The position numbers were made by a program, and so were the translations under genes. 64,000 nt of DNA. It comes from Antedon mediterranea (taxonomy: Eukaryota > Animalia > Echinodermata). Location of the stretch: assembly GCF_964355755.1 (NCBI RefSeq), contig NC_092673.1, positions 34,531,648-34,595,647 on the forward strand, given 5' to 3'. Shown here in pieces: positions 1 to 26,743 of the stretch (position 1 is the stretch's first letter; the number at the start of each line of letters is the position of its first letter). The notes beneath the pieces were generated by a model. The model was not told the origin of the DNA, ran no database searches, and saw nothing but the letters and a program-made list of their open reading frames with translations.

Positions 1-559
1 ATCCAAAAATTCACAAACAATTCTGTAGTTGGAGAAAAAATAAACTAATAAAAAGTGAGCCATAAAACCGAATGACTATATTTTATATATATATAATATT
101 GATAGATATTGCAATAATAATGATATATAGTGGTTACAGTATGTTGGCGGTTACATTATTATTAGCAAACTACATATTGCTCAGTTAATCTAGTATGTTA
201 AATGAGTAATGTGTTGAAATCACTAGGGATTGTATTCATTAACAATAACTCATGAATGATTACACATTTTAATAATTGCATTAATTTCAAGGTAACATAT
301 TCATCATCGCCAGATTTTTTCGAAGAATCGTAGAAATTTATTGGTTCTGGTTATATTGAAATTGTTTTTCATTTTATTTATTATTTAGTAGCTAATTATT
401 GAGTACTGATAAAACTAGCTGATATCCATGTATATACATGGGTTGTCCTACTTGACATCCTATCCTATCTCTTTAACATCATGCAAAATGAGCAAGCAAA
501 TATGTTCAATCATATCCCATGAAATTGGTCTAAAAATGTTTTGGGGAAATTAGGAGGAA

Positions 560-1675
560 TGTTAGTGGACAGTGCACGAGTATCAACTCTATTATACTGT
601 AACAAGGTTCAGCAATATGTAGATGTTAGTGCACAGTGCATGAGTATCAACTCTATATTATACTGTAACAAGGTTCAGCAATATGTAGATGTTAGTGCAC
701 AGTGCATGAGTATCAACTCTATTATACTGTAACAAGGTTCAGCAATATGTAGATGTTAGTGCACAGTGCACGAGTATCAACTCTATTATACTGTAACAAG
801 GTTCAGCAATATGTAGATGTCAACTCTATTATACTGTAACAAGGTTCAGCAATATGTAGATGTTAGTGCACAGTGCATGAGTATCAACTCTATTATACTG
901 TAACAAGGTTCAGCAATATGTAGATGTTAGTGCACAGTGCACGAGTATCAACTCTATTATACTGTAACAAGGTTCAGCAATATGTAGATGTCAACTCTAT
1001 TATACTGTAACAAGGTTCAGCAATATGTAGATGTTAGTGCACAGTGCATGAGTATCAACTCTATTATACTGTAACAAGGTTCAGCAATATGTAGATGTTA
1101 GTGCACAGTGCATGAGTATCAACTCTATAATACTGTAACAAGGTTCAGCAATATGTAGATGTCAGTGCACAGTGCATGAGTATCAACTCTATTATACTGT
1201 AACAAGGTTCAGCAATATGTAGATGTTAGTGCACAGTGCATGAGTATCAACTCTATTATACTGTAACAAGGTTCAGCAATATGTAGATGTTAGTGCACAG
1301 TGCATGAGTATCAACTCTATTATACTGTAACAAGGTTCAGCAATATGTAGATGTTAGTGCACAGTGCATGAGTATCAACTCTATTATACTGTAACAAGGT
1401 TCAGCAATATGTAGATGTTAGTGCACAGTGCATGAGTATCAACTCTATTATACTGTAACAAGGTTCAGCAATATGTAGATGTTAGTGCACAGTGCATGAG
1501 TATCAACTCTATTATACTGTAACAAGGTTCAGCAATATGTAGATGTTAGTGCATAGTGCATGAGTATCAACTCTATTATACTGTAACAAGGTTCAGCAAT
1601 ATGTAGATGTTAGTGCACAGTGCATGAGTATCAACTCTATTATACTGTAACAAGGTTCAGCAATATGTAGATGTT
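560..1675. repeat. 64-bp tandem repeat (minisatellite), ~17-18 copies
   Basis: Unit GTGCACAGTGCATGAGTATCAACTCTATTATACTGTAACAAGGTTCAGCAATATGTAGATGTTA recurs every 64 bp; two units (~820, ~990) share the same ~21-bp internal deletion. Confidence 0.95.
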
Positions 1676-1762
1676 GAGCTATAGATTGCCTCAAACTACT
1701 CCAAAAACAAGGTGATTAATACATTGTGAATAACTTTGATCGTGCCATTTATTATTTTTCAG

Positions 1763-13766
<12,004 letters not shown>

Positions 13767-15191
13767 TATGATTCAATTGTATAACTTATTCTGTTTATAT
13801 CTGGACTTAATTCTGTACACCTTGCAGTGAACACAAATCACATCAAACCTACAGTACATTCAATTATGTAAATGTTTTAAACTGATTAGTACAGTATTTA
13901 TACTGTTGACATTATTATTAAACTCCAACAGAATCAGTTCTGTCAAAACCAATTCTGTTTAACAGTAGTAACACATTTGAGAGTATATTCTGGATATTCT
14001 ATTTATTCAATTCCTCTTCTCAGTGTATCCTAACCAAATGTGTTGCAGTTATTATACAGTATACTTTACTAATAAACTACTACTACTACTATTCAGTTCT
14101 ATAGCAATAACTTAATGTACCAAATGCAAGAGAAAAGGGGAATTTACCAAATGCATGTAAATAAAAAGAAAACATTGTGGAGATAAAAAAACTTTTGAAA
14201 ATTTGGTGCTTACAGTATAGAAACTTTGTAAAATTGCTATAAGGTCTACTTCCCTTAGCCTAAAAACTATGTACAGTATTTAAGAAGTTCTGATTATTAA
14301 ACCATATACCATGTAGGTTTTGTACAGAGTGTATCCAATGCCAAGAAATGTACTAACAACAAAATGATAGCTTTCATGATGACACCAAATTATCTGGGAA
14401 GATAATTCATTTACTGTATTTTGTATGTAAATGAACTTAAAATTAAATTTATTTTATATTTATTTTAATAGGGAATACTTGTATTTCTATCGGTGCAATT
14501 AAATTCCAATTAATTTCATTCCAAAATAAACATATCTACATATCTGTATTCTATTTTTAAATGTATATATTATCTATGTTTGTGGTTATTTAAGGTTAAA
14601 TGATAAATATTAACTTATGTTGTATATTTCTCTAAACTGTGAACACAATTTGTAAAAATATATTTATTTCAATTAAAAAATGTATTTAGTTTCAATGAAT
14701 ACCAGAGGATCCACTGAATAATTTCAGATAATTAATTTTAATTCATCATAATTCCATAAAACTGTGCAATACAATATAATAAATTCAATAAATGTTTACA
14801 TATTTATATAATACAATTAACATTCTAACATGTATTTAATTATGTATTATATTTTACTGAATTATGTATTTTAGCTTGCAAGTTCAGGAAATTTAAAGGT
14901 GTACAATAAAACAATAAATTAATAATAATTTTAGTTTGTTTCTGCAGATGACAAAACAAAGAGTAATATGTGTATTGTTTATTAAACTACAAGTTTGATA
15001 AAATAATAGTTAAGTAATTATTAAATTCAAAACTCAGGTTGATAAAAATGAAATGCACTCTAACAATGATCAATTCTTGTGCTTTATTTGTGTACTGTTT
15101 AGAATTTCTGTTGTTACATTAATAACATAATCAAATGGGAAAATATTAAAATTTCCCTTTACAAACATATAAAAAAAACACCAATTTCTCT

Positions 15192-15315
15192 AAAGTTCTG
15201 TCTACACTATCAAACTAGTTTGACAAAAAAAGTTTGTGCCCAAATATGGCAGTGATATACCCATATATGGGTACATCATTTTTTTTGTGTCACATAAAGT
15301 TTTATAATGTAAAGG
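15192..15315. mobile_element. Second, decayed copy of the ~150-bp MITE
   Basis: TGTCTACACTATCAAACTAGTTTGACAAAAAAAG...TGTGCCCAAATATGGCAGTGAT is the reverse complement of the right half of 3473-3630. Confidence 0.65.
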
Positions 15316-16146
15316 ATTTATAGTAATATGCCCAGCACATAAATTCAAAACATGGTGAAAATTATGGTAGTACGCCTATGTATACACAGTATTCAAAGCA
15401 TCAAGATTTTTTGTATATAATGCACTAGGCCTAGATAGAAACCTAAGATTTGATAAAATAGTTGTTGTACAGAGAAAGAGTAGTCCTAAAATACTTAAAT
15501 GCAAGTTCTTTTATAGTTCTAAAATAGTATTCATTCCACATGTGAACAACGGAACGCGACTTGGCCTAGGCTAAGAACAGAAACGTTTGTTGTAAGATCA
15601 AGCCTCTGTCAGAGAGGGTCGAGTTGAGTAGCCTACAGGCTACCTGCGTCGAAAAAATAGGACAACTTGGGCCTAGTTTAAATTCACTTTTAAACTAGTT
15701 TATTTAACTAAATCTACTGTTCATATCTACATACCTTTAACAATGCTATTCCAAGATGTGTATTATTAGCCTATATGCCTTCAAAATAATACTTTTAAGT
15801 TTTATTCAAGTTTTTGGCCTAAATCGTTTGATGGTGATTCTCGTTTGATGATCGTAAAGCGGTAAACGTCACTGATTGTCTTGAACCAATGCAGTAATCT
15901 GATTGGTCAAATGTCTTCTAGTAGTGATTCGTTAAGTGAGTAGTCATTTTTGAATGAGGTGGAGTCAGCGCGGAAGCAACACGTTTACTCATGATTTAAT
16001 TAGTGCGATTTGTGCGTATATGTAGAGGCCTAGCTATAGCACGTCACAATCGAAGACGGATTATTTTATGTGAATTAATAACGTTTATTAAACGCCAAAT
16101 TCGAAATTCAAAGGACAAAACTTGTGCACTGACAGGCCTACATTAC

Positions 16147-19100
16147 TTAGATTGAATATATAGGTGATGTGTTGTTTGTAGTTGAGCAGGTTGACACCAC
16201 TCCAGAGTCCCAAGTTCCTTGGAAGTCATTTGGATTGAAATTGGTGTAAGTTGGTTCAGTATCTGCGATATCCTCCTGAGAACCGATAACAGAGTTTGTC
16301 CAAGACCACGCATCGTTCGACACGTAGGTATTACGCTTTGCCGTATTCCTACTCTGATTATGGCTTTTCAAGCTGTAATAAAAATAAAAATAATTTACTT
16401 ATGGATGGGCTGTGACAATGTGAAAATGTGGTGTATTTTTTTAGTGCAATTCGACGACGGTGACAACAATCACGACAAGTGAGGACAATAATGATGACAT
16501 GCCAATGGTGATTATGACTGCACTCAAAAATACATAACTAACATATATCACTGTGATGATCGTGATTATGACAATGATAGCATCGTTTCTGATAGCGATA
16601 AGATAATGATGAATCAATAATGATGATAATGATGATAACGATTATGATATTAACGACTATGCTCATGATAATAAGGATGATAATGATATTAATAACGATA
16701 AAATGATAATCAAGATTAATAGCGATGACGATTTTATGATGGTTATTTGTTGTTGAGACGGCATGAGGATGAAAGTTGAGGATTGTATGACATAAAGAAC
16801 AAGTAGGCATGTCTAACAATGTACATCAAACAAAACACATGATGAAGTGAGATACCACACACCATGGCCTACGTTTCAATCCATATATACAATAATATAA
16901 TAATAAACAAACTATTAAAGATTGCATTTTCTTACCATTGCATTAAATGTATCCAGCTTATACGTTTATAATTTAAAAACCAACATTGTCTGTTTAGTAT
17001 TTATTGTGCTATTACTCCTCATAATGGACAGAAAGAGGGATGGGGCAGCGATACGACACACACACACGTCAGCACTCCTCATAATGGACAGAAAGAGGGG
17101 GTGGGGCAGCGATACGACACACACACACACGTCAGCACTCCTCATAATGGACAGAAAGAGGGGATGGGGCAGCGATACGGCACACACACGTCAGCACTCC
17201 TCATAATGGACAGAAAGAGGGGGTGGGGCAGCAATACGACACACACACACGTCAGCACTCCTCATAATGGACAGAAAGAAGGGGTGGGGCAGCGACACAC
17301 ACACGCATGTCAACACTCCTCATAATGGACAGAAAGAGGGGGTGGGGCAGCGATACGACACACACACACACACGTCAGCACTCCTCATAATGGACAGAAA
17401 GAGGGGGTGGGGCAGTGATACGACACACACACACGTCAGCACTCCTCATAATGGACAGAAAGAGGGGGTGGGGCAGCGATACGACACACAAACACACGTC
17501 AGCACTCCTCATAATGGACAGAAAGAGGGGTGGGGCAGCGATACGACACACACACACGTCAGCACTCTTCATAATGGACAGAAAGAGGGGGTGGGGCAGC
17601 GATACGACACACACACACGTCAGCACTCCTCATAAAGGACAGAAAGATGGGGGTGGGGCAGCGATACGACACACACACGTCAGAACTCCTCATAATGGAC
17701 AGAAAGAGGGGGTGGGGCAGCGATACGACACACACACACCTCAGCACTCCTCATAATGGACAGAAAGAGGGGGTGGGGCAGCGATACGACACACACGCCA
17801 GCAACGTTAGTGGTGAATTCATAAGGGCCAGCAGAGAAATAGGTTTGAGACGTGTTACGAAAACATTAGCCATTTTTTAGCCAATTTTTTTCTGTCTTGA
17901 ATATAAGACAGGGGATAATAGGATTCTATCACATCTACCTCCTTTTAAAAATCAGTTCGCAATTTTAAAAACTAAACTATTAAAATAGTTTTAATTTGTT
18001 TTTAGTGATGTTTTAAAATAATTATAATTCATCATTGTCTACAGTAACCATAGTTACGTACACTATATCTTCATTGTCATTATCAGAGGGCACAGACGAT
18101 GAGCTAGGTGATCTTTTCAGGTATTTCTCGAGTGAGAAACTTAATGTAATGATGGCAACTGACAGAAAACTTAAGGCAGCTATTGACAGCATAAATACAT
18201 TCTGGAATAAAAGGAAAGAAATAAAATAAGCTGGGAGGTTGTGCTAAATCTAACTGTAATAGTTAGTTTTTATACAATGGGTAAGTTTAAGCGGTGCAAA
18301 CTATTCTAATATATAAAAAGTGCATATCCTAACAGTTCAGCCTTTGTAAAATGTGGGTTTGAAAATTCTAAGATGAAGTCCTCCTTGGCTACACCCTCGA
18401 AATCTTAAAAAATAAAAGCTACTCTGATGTAAACAATTAGATATACTTATTAAATCGATTAGGCCTAAATAGTGAAATTGATTCCACTCTGACCATAGAG
18501 GAAGTGGAAGTTCTAGGGCCTGATCAGGCTCAGACATATCTAGCCGAGAGTAAGTTAGTCTCATAGGCATAGTAAATAGCTAAGCCTGAACGGGTTCATA
18601 GTTTCCAATTAATAAAGGCTGCTGGTAACTTACCAATGCACCATGGCAATATTCACAAGGAGCTGCTATGCTTGAATCGTACGCGACGCTGATTGGTTTA
18701 CAGTAACCGACGTCATTTTCCATCTAAAAGAAAACATGAGTTTACATGATTCTGTATGTTGTAGCCCAACACCAGTTATGATTCACGATTTTGAATATGA
18801 GGAGGAGGCCCAGGATTAAATGGTTTGCAGAATGGGTTCTTCATTGCATGGAGGGGCTTTAAAAAAGACTATAAAATACGAATAAGCCTACCTTGTTTCT
18901 TGTAAAGCTCGTATATTCATGTGCATATGACGTCACTCGGCTGGTACACGACTTAAAGGACTAACAATGAAAATATCATTATTAAGTAAAATATATATGA
19001 ATACATTCTAAAGGTCTTGTATTATTCTTATATAAGAAAAAGAACTGATTTGACAAAAATGATCCTAATAAGCGTATAGTACGGCAACATCAAACTTACC

Positions 19101-22100
19101 TTTCTGAACGTCGGAGTTGCATCGTTTACTATGTATTTCAGGAGGACATCTAAGTTTTCATACAGCGTTACTGTTGAGTCCTTAAAAGACAACAAGGTTA
19201 CCAACATAATGTGACGATCCCTATTGTTATTACTTGTGTATACGTACGGGTCGTTATGATAGAAAGTTATACCGTTCTCTCTGAGAAAAGTCCGAGTAAA
19301 AAGCCTTGAGAGAGAAAGTATCATTCCTACCATACATGAATACATGCGACTATACATATTGTGTTACAATTGTCATTCTTACCCCAATAATATCGACATT
19401 TACTTCCAGTTGTTCAATCTCTTGTATTAATCCTTCCTAAAATATTACACAAAAAGAACGAAAGAAAAATTATATATTGAGAGATAAATTACTATTGTCA
19501 GCAATATTAAAAATTATAACTTACTTACATACATACCGAATGTAGTAAAGTATAATTATTTAAGAACCAATTGTATATTATATTACTATTTATGTTAGTG
19601 GGGAGGAAACGTTTTAAATAAATAGAATTCGTAAATGACATACCGGTAATGTTATTAGCTATATGTTGAATAGTTTCCATTATTTATAATGGGTATTATA
19701 TTATATTATAATAAACTATGCTATGTAAACACTTGTTGTACTCGGTTTATTAACATCTTTTTGTTTCAAGCTTTTTTTGTTTTTTTAAGAAAAAAAAACA
19801 TTTGAAAAATTATTTTTTTTCTAGAAAATAAAACGTTTTAAAAAATTACAACAATTATTAAAATTTTATAATAATCTTATATAAAGATTAGGAAGAATTT
19901 AGACCCTATTCAAGTTTTGGGTTTGCTTACTGTCATGAGAAGAACGGGTTGTACGTGATGGCGATCTAAATCATCCAATCTGGTTGCCGTAGACCTTATT
20001 TCTCTGGCTAAATTCTGTAAAAGAAGTGTGTTTAATGCAAAGATAATTATTAATTTTACGTTTTTTAGAAAGGTTTTAAAACATATTTTATTTCGAAACT
20101 ATCGTGATATTTCTAATAAATTTAATTGATTGTTGTGCAGATAGCTTAGAATACGCCTTAAAGCCTTTCAGTTGAGCACCCGCTCTTAATATGCTGTAGC
20201 GTGTGATACTTAAAAAGGTGATATAGGCCTACACAATATCAAAAGGTCAGGCAACACGAATAAAGGACTGTAACTTGTGCGTTCAATAATTAATATCAAT
20301 AACTTCTGTGACCTCATACAAAGGGAGTATTATGTATGAATGTGGTGGTTGTGTTGATGTGTGAGTGCGAGGGGACACACAATACCTTAAATCACATGTT
20401 TTATATTGACTTTGTTGAATCGACTATTATGTATTTTATCCGTTTATTTTATATTGACACTGTTGATTCGTCTATTTGTTATTTAAATACTTTTATATAG
20501 TTTATTTTATATCATTGTTGTTACTTTGGGAGTACGGAACCTGAACTCTTGTTATAGTGATTAGGTTCACTTTTAGGTTCCTGCCTACTCCCTTAGTTTC
20601 TGTGTTTTTGTTTGTTTGTAACTGGTTTTTGGCAATAAATAATAATAATAATAATACTTACTGTATTTCCAGCGGCATCTAGTATATCTGCATCAATTTT
20701 CAATGCACTAATGTATTCCTTCAGCGGTAACGAATGCAACTCTGTTGCCACCTAAATAAAGAATTACAAATGTTTAAACATAATATAAAATTGGTTTCCA
20801 ACTAGAGACAACGGTTTAAAAACTAAATTAAAAACACAACAAACATTTTTTTAAATGTTAAATAGTCTTCCAAATAATACTTGATGAAGTGAATTGAAAT
20901 TGAAATGTAGGCCTATTGCAATGGTAAAAATAAAATACCGATTGAAGTTGATACAAAATTCGATAAACAGGTAGGCCTATAGGAATAGGTATGGGCCTTG
21001 TTGAATATCTCGTATTGGTTCCACTAATTGATACATCTAAAAGCTGAAACTTAAAAGACCACAAACCTCCTGGACAAAAGACATAAGGCCTAAGACCGAT
21101 GGACGTCCTTCTGGCAATTCATCAGGAAGAAACACGTTTGCATCTGTCCTCACGATCTCATCAACTGCACTTTGAACAGCATTCTCAATTATTCTCGTCT
21201 CTTTAAAATACTACATACACAAATTACTTTAGTATATTCCATCTATTTATATATATATATTCTCCTTTTTTTTTTCTTTCAATTATTTTTAACACTTAAC
21301 TAGACTCGTTTCTAGATGACTTGCGATAGTCAGTTAGAATCTGTCTATTGAAAGCTGCAGAATCGAGTGAAATTGAAATTAAATATTGTTTAACATATTT
21401 CTTAAATCACGATATCTTAATAAAATTTATAAATTATATTCATGTAAAAGTGTAAACCTACCTATTTTTTTCTCCTTCTTCAAAAAATATTAAGAAAACT
21501 GTAACTATTGTATTAATAATTATATTACTAAAAATGCTACCTAATTATTTCTCCAATGATAAGACATACCTTCAATGTATTTATATCCGGATAAAGATCG
21601 TGGGTAATTTTCAAATTTATTGCTGTAAAAATATCTTGATTCAAATCACATGCTCTGTGTAAACAGAATTTTGAATAAATACATTTTAAAATTTATGAAA
21701 CAGAAAGTTATATTTTTATTGGCCACTTTATTAGTTTTAGATGCTGGAATGTTGCTTTTATATTCGATTATGTTTTACTAACTGAATAATAGATTTAGCC
21801 GTTGACGCATTGTTAAACTGCAGTATCTCTTTCATTGGTGTTATTCCATCTTTCCAATACTCGGGATTATCGAATACCTGAGAAAGATAAAGACACAATA
21901 GATGGATCAGCAATAGATTATTTAAAATATAGACGAATTTCTTGATTTTGCGTTCCTGATTCAATCAATGTCCTATCAATACGGCCTAAACCTCCTGCTT
22001 ATAGTTACATTACACAATAATTGATCTAAGAACTACATGATGTGTGCGTTCGTAGGTATTTTTAAGTGTACAAAATATAACGGACTCTCTGAATAGATAC

Positions 22101-25100
22101 AAGTCAATGATTACATTTTGTAAGCATGCAACGTCATACGCGTCACGTAAGTGAGTTGACCAAGTGACAGTTCGAGATGGTCTGTCTCGCGTCGTGATTG
22201 GTGCAGTTAGGGCCTTTTGCGTCGAAGTGGGACCCAAGATTTTGCGATTGCAATAGGTGCTTAAAATCAGCTCAATCATTGAGTATGAGAAAATAAACAA
22301 TATGAAAACGAAAAAATAAGACATTTCATTGCCATTTTAGACCTATTGGTTATTCGATACAGTTGAAAGAAAAAAGCGTTTTTTTTGTGTAAATCAACAC
22401 TAAAACTTTTTACGCATTTACCGTGTGTAGAAAAGACAAACTATGTCTGTGGCAAATTTAGATTAACGTGTGTCTCGTCTACAATAAATAATAATAAAAT
22501 CATTTATATGAACAATGTTTGGGAAGACTGGATTAATTGTAGTGGTTTGGTTTCTTTTTTTAAATAACAGTAGGCCTAACTCAAGTGGATTCTAGTATTG
22601 GCTTCTGTGATCATTGACAATAATCCGAACAGGATGCCAAGTAATTCCAAATCATAACTGGATAGTTATTATAGCTATTATTATAATTCATAAACAAATT
22701 AGAAACAATCATTCTATAGACTTCTGTCCTAGACATCACTTATGTTAGAAGGTCAGTTTTTTCGTATACGTATCTGTTTATTTTGTTTTTTTTATTTTAT
22801 TTTATTCAGTTCGTTAATAAATAGTATAAATAAACTAAGCGCTTATCATAAACTGAGCGAAATAATGTAAAATCTAGAGAGGGCACGCAATTTAATATTT
22901 CTGCCTATATTATAGATAACCCTCGAGATTTGTGACATCACCAATATATTGATTTATTGAAATCATGATAGGAATGTTCTATTGGTATATATCTAATACA
23001 CTAAGAAAACCTTATCGAACTAACCTTATCGAATATAGTTGAATCAGAAAACGGCTCACAAATATTGCTTACACTTGCCGAAACAAAAAACAGCAGAGAT
23101 AAAGAAATAAAGAAAATAACAGAAAAGAATACTGTACAGACACCAGTCCTGAAAAGTGGAGTATATATATTAACATTGTAAGCATTATTATTAAAATTGT
23201 AACCATTTTCATTTGTATAAATATGTAGGCCTACTAGTCTCGCCCTCTTACTACTTCAAACCTAGATCTGCTTCAGTTTATAGTTTCAAAATTCTGTTTT
23301 TGTAAAATTAGAACATTATTTGAAAATTATTCATTGATATGTCAAAGGCAATAATCAGGACTAGCGTATAACGTGGTGTAAGAAAGAAAAGCATATTTGG
23401 ATTTCCAAGCATTGTATAATCATAATATCTTTATTTATACTTACGCAACTATGAATTTGCTACCTCTATCTGAGGACTTACTGCGCATGCTCGGTATTGA
23501 TGCTGAATTGTAACCCTTTGCGCCAAGACATACTCCGCTACATCCTAAAACCACCAAGGTGATGACGCATATGAAAATAATTACTGTAACAACAACTCTA
23601 AAAACAGAATTTAATAAAGAAATTGTAACATTTGCATATTACTGTGTACAATCTGAAAATCTACAAAATTATTGCATTATTAATAGTAGCATGTAAAAAT
23701 AATAGATAGAAAATTTATAAATATATTAAAAAATATATGGATAGTAAATAATGATGGTATGTAATTCAGAATTCTGATTGTGATATGTTGATAGTTTACC
23801 TTAGTTTGTTATACATCTCCGCCTGCGGAGACGCATCATCTACTTTGTTAACATATGCCTCCGTGAACGTATTAAGCTTACTACGCGCCTGAAATAAAAT
23901 AAACACTTACATAACATTTTATGTTCATCACCAATAACACTACCGTCAGGTTGGTCGCGCACCTTCATGAACTTTTGTACGCGGTACGCGACCGTCGATT
24001 GTGTTACTTTCTTGACGTCACTGACAACAAACAACGATTTATAGATGAGGTAGTAAGATGTAACTTTTCATCAGTGAGATACAAATAAACAAATAACTTA
24101 CATTTATAATCACATGGGAAAGCTCCGATTCCGTTTTATTTATTATCTCATTCCAATCGTCAATCTCTACCATCATCGCTAAAAATAGAAATAAATGCAC
24201 GGTAATTAAATAAATATATTTGTACAATTCATTTCATTACATTCATCATGTGAACAAAATTTGTTTGTATTTAAAACTTAATTGACGATGTTTAATGTAA
24301 AGTAACACATAGCAGTGACGAATTATAAAGTACATGAGGCATTACCTTTTCTCTCCTCTTTTGTTTTATTATTGACGATACCTTCCATCTCGGACAACAT
24401 TCGGGCTTCCTTCAATAAATATAAAATTAGTACAATTAGGACTACAATTCAACTATTTTTAAACAAATATTTACATGACTTACATTTATAGATTTTTGTC
24501 AGATTGACTATGATAAGTTTTAAACGTTACTGAGTGGTTCTTACCGCGTTTGTAAGCCGTGTGACCAAATCCAACGTTTCGTCGGGAACCAGCATTCCAA
24601 CCAAAATCCCGAAAACTGTTACATCCGGTACCTATATCAATATAATGATTTATAATGTGTATATACCATAGGGTGCTGCATATAATAAAACATATAGGCC
24701 TACGGTAACAATTTAAACAAACAATTATGTAAGAAAATGCATAATTAAAGCTATCTTCACACTTAGCACACATTACGCCCCATTTTTCAAGATTTTTTAT
24801 CCGGCCGGACCACAAATCTGGCCTCAGTGTGAACATATATTTACTCTTAAATTAAACTAAAGTACAAATAGCATTAATAAAATAGGCCTCAGGTATATAT
24901 TACTTACTCATCATATATTACACTCTCTCTTACCTAAACCTCCCACACACACAACCATCAGCTCCGACGCGTTAGATCGTTCACCCTCCCCAAAGTCCGG
25001 ACACAACGCACAAAAAACTTCATTACTTTCCACGGAGTTTTCAATGATTGGTGAATGATCAGTAACTGAGTTATGATAAGCAAATTGTGAACCTCTATTG

Positions 25101-26707
25101 GTTTGTGTTACTGGATGTACTATGATGGCCATTGAAAGACTGATTTGTGGACTATGATATATTTTAGTATTACTTGTTTGGACTGTGTTATACTATGTGT
25201 TTACATATTTACTATTATATTTATGTCAACTTCATCACTGCTTACTTGATGCAATAAAGGAAATAAATAATAATAATAATAATAATAATACTTACGCCCG
25301 TTTCCGTATCTATTGGCACTGACAGTTCCCTGCCATCCGGTATATCCATGCACACTTTGACGTTTTCTTCAATGTGTATCACCTCATACACGCACTCTCT
25401 CTTTAATCGTTGTAAATCTAGCGTTAAGGTTCCGAGTTCGGTGCGCAAGTTGTTGACAACTCGGACTACGTCCTGTATATCCGTGCCTATCCTCACAACT
25501 AACATGTCAACACCCGTCAAAGCCTGGAATATTGCTGTAAGATTAATCAAATATGTCATTATAATGAAGAGGTGGGGATATAAAAGTTTGAAACCCACAC
25601 CTGATCACAAAAGTCAGCATATACGATAGTGTATGCTGTTTATTGTCACTATAGACCTACTGCTTAAAAAGTAAAATTTAACATATGATTAGTTAGTCGC
25701 GTGTATTTTACTGTGAAAGTGATAGATGAATGCTATGTTGTGATAAGAATGTCTGTATTTTTATAATAAGTTGCTGTTACAAAAAAGAAACTCAATAAAT
25801 ATAGGAATAGGAATACATTTAATACATAACCTCATTATTTTCGATCTACTCTAAACCAAGAAAGAGCTATGACCTCAATTCAAACAATATAGTCGACCTC
25901 TCATAGACTAAATTTCATGATCGGTACATTCTATTTCATATATTTAGTTAGGATTAATTAATACAATACATTGCCTGTGACAAAATGGGTGGGTGTACCT
26001 CTTTAAACTAGTTTTCTCGTTCACAATTAACACTAGACAAGGCAACGTATTGTAATACAAACATTTTCAGTTTCATAACGTTTAAACTTTTGAACTCAAT
26101 TGGATATACGGCGGCCGGAAACGGGTTTTAAAGACATTTTCTGATATATCCATTAAGAAATGTCATTTTCACCATACAACTGTATATACTTGTATTTATG
26201 TCACTGGAGGGCAACGAAAAAAGCCGAGACAAAAGAAAGCACACAACTCCAAACTTGATGGAATATGTCATTTATTGAATGACGGAAACGATTAGGAATA
26301 AAACAAATTGGGCAGCCACAACATAATCTGTACATACTTGTATTTAACTCTTTAACAACGTTCACTTCGAAATCTAAGTCAGCTGACACAGGCTGCGTCA
26401 CTTGGCTTCCAATATCTAATAAAAAATAATTTAAATAATCAAAGACAACAATACGATACAATAATAATATTAATAAACATAATAATAAATAAACAAATGA
26501 GAATTGTATTCTCATTTTTAAATGTTTTAATCACGTGAGACTGCATTGTATTGATTTACATATTTAAATGTTTTAATCACGTGAGGCTGCATTGTATTGA
26601 TTTACATATTTAAATGTTTTAATCACGTGAGGCTGCATTGTATTGATTTACATATTTAAATGTTTTAATCACGTGAGACTGCATTGTATTGATTTACATA
26701 TTTAAAT

Positions 26708-26743
<36 letters not shown>

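Noticed and set aside
541-732. 63-aa ORF with an internal repeat
   Set aside because: Read-through of the 64-bp satellite.
16922-17880. His/Thr-rich repetitive ORFs
   Set aside because: Translations of the ~61-bp minisatellite, with frames shifting according to (CA)n length.
22423-22478. Candidate extra prominin exon with AG/GT-like ends
   Set aside because: Stops in all three frames; the exon 23148-23025 already supplies ICEPF and joins 21877 in phase.
24748-24838. Short inverted repeat (TATCTTCACACT...AGTGTGAACATA) as a MITE
   Set aside because: Single short copy with weak TIRs; not enough support.
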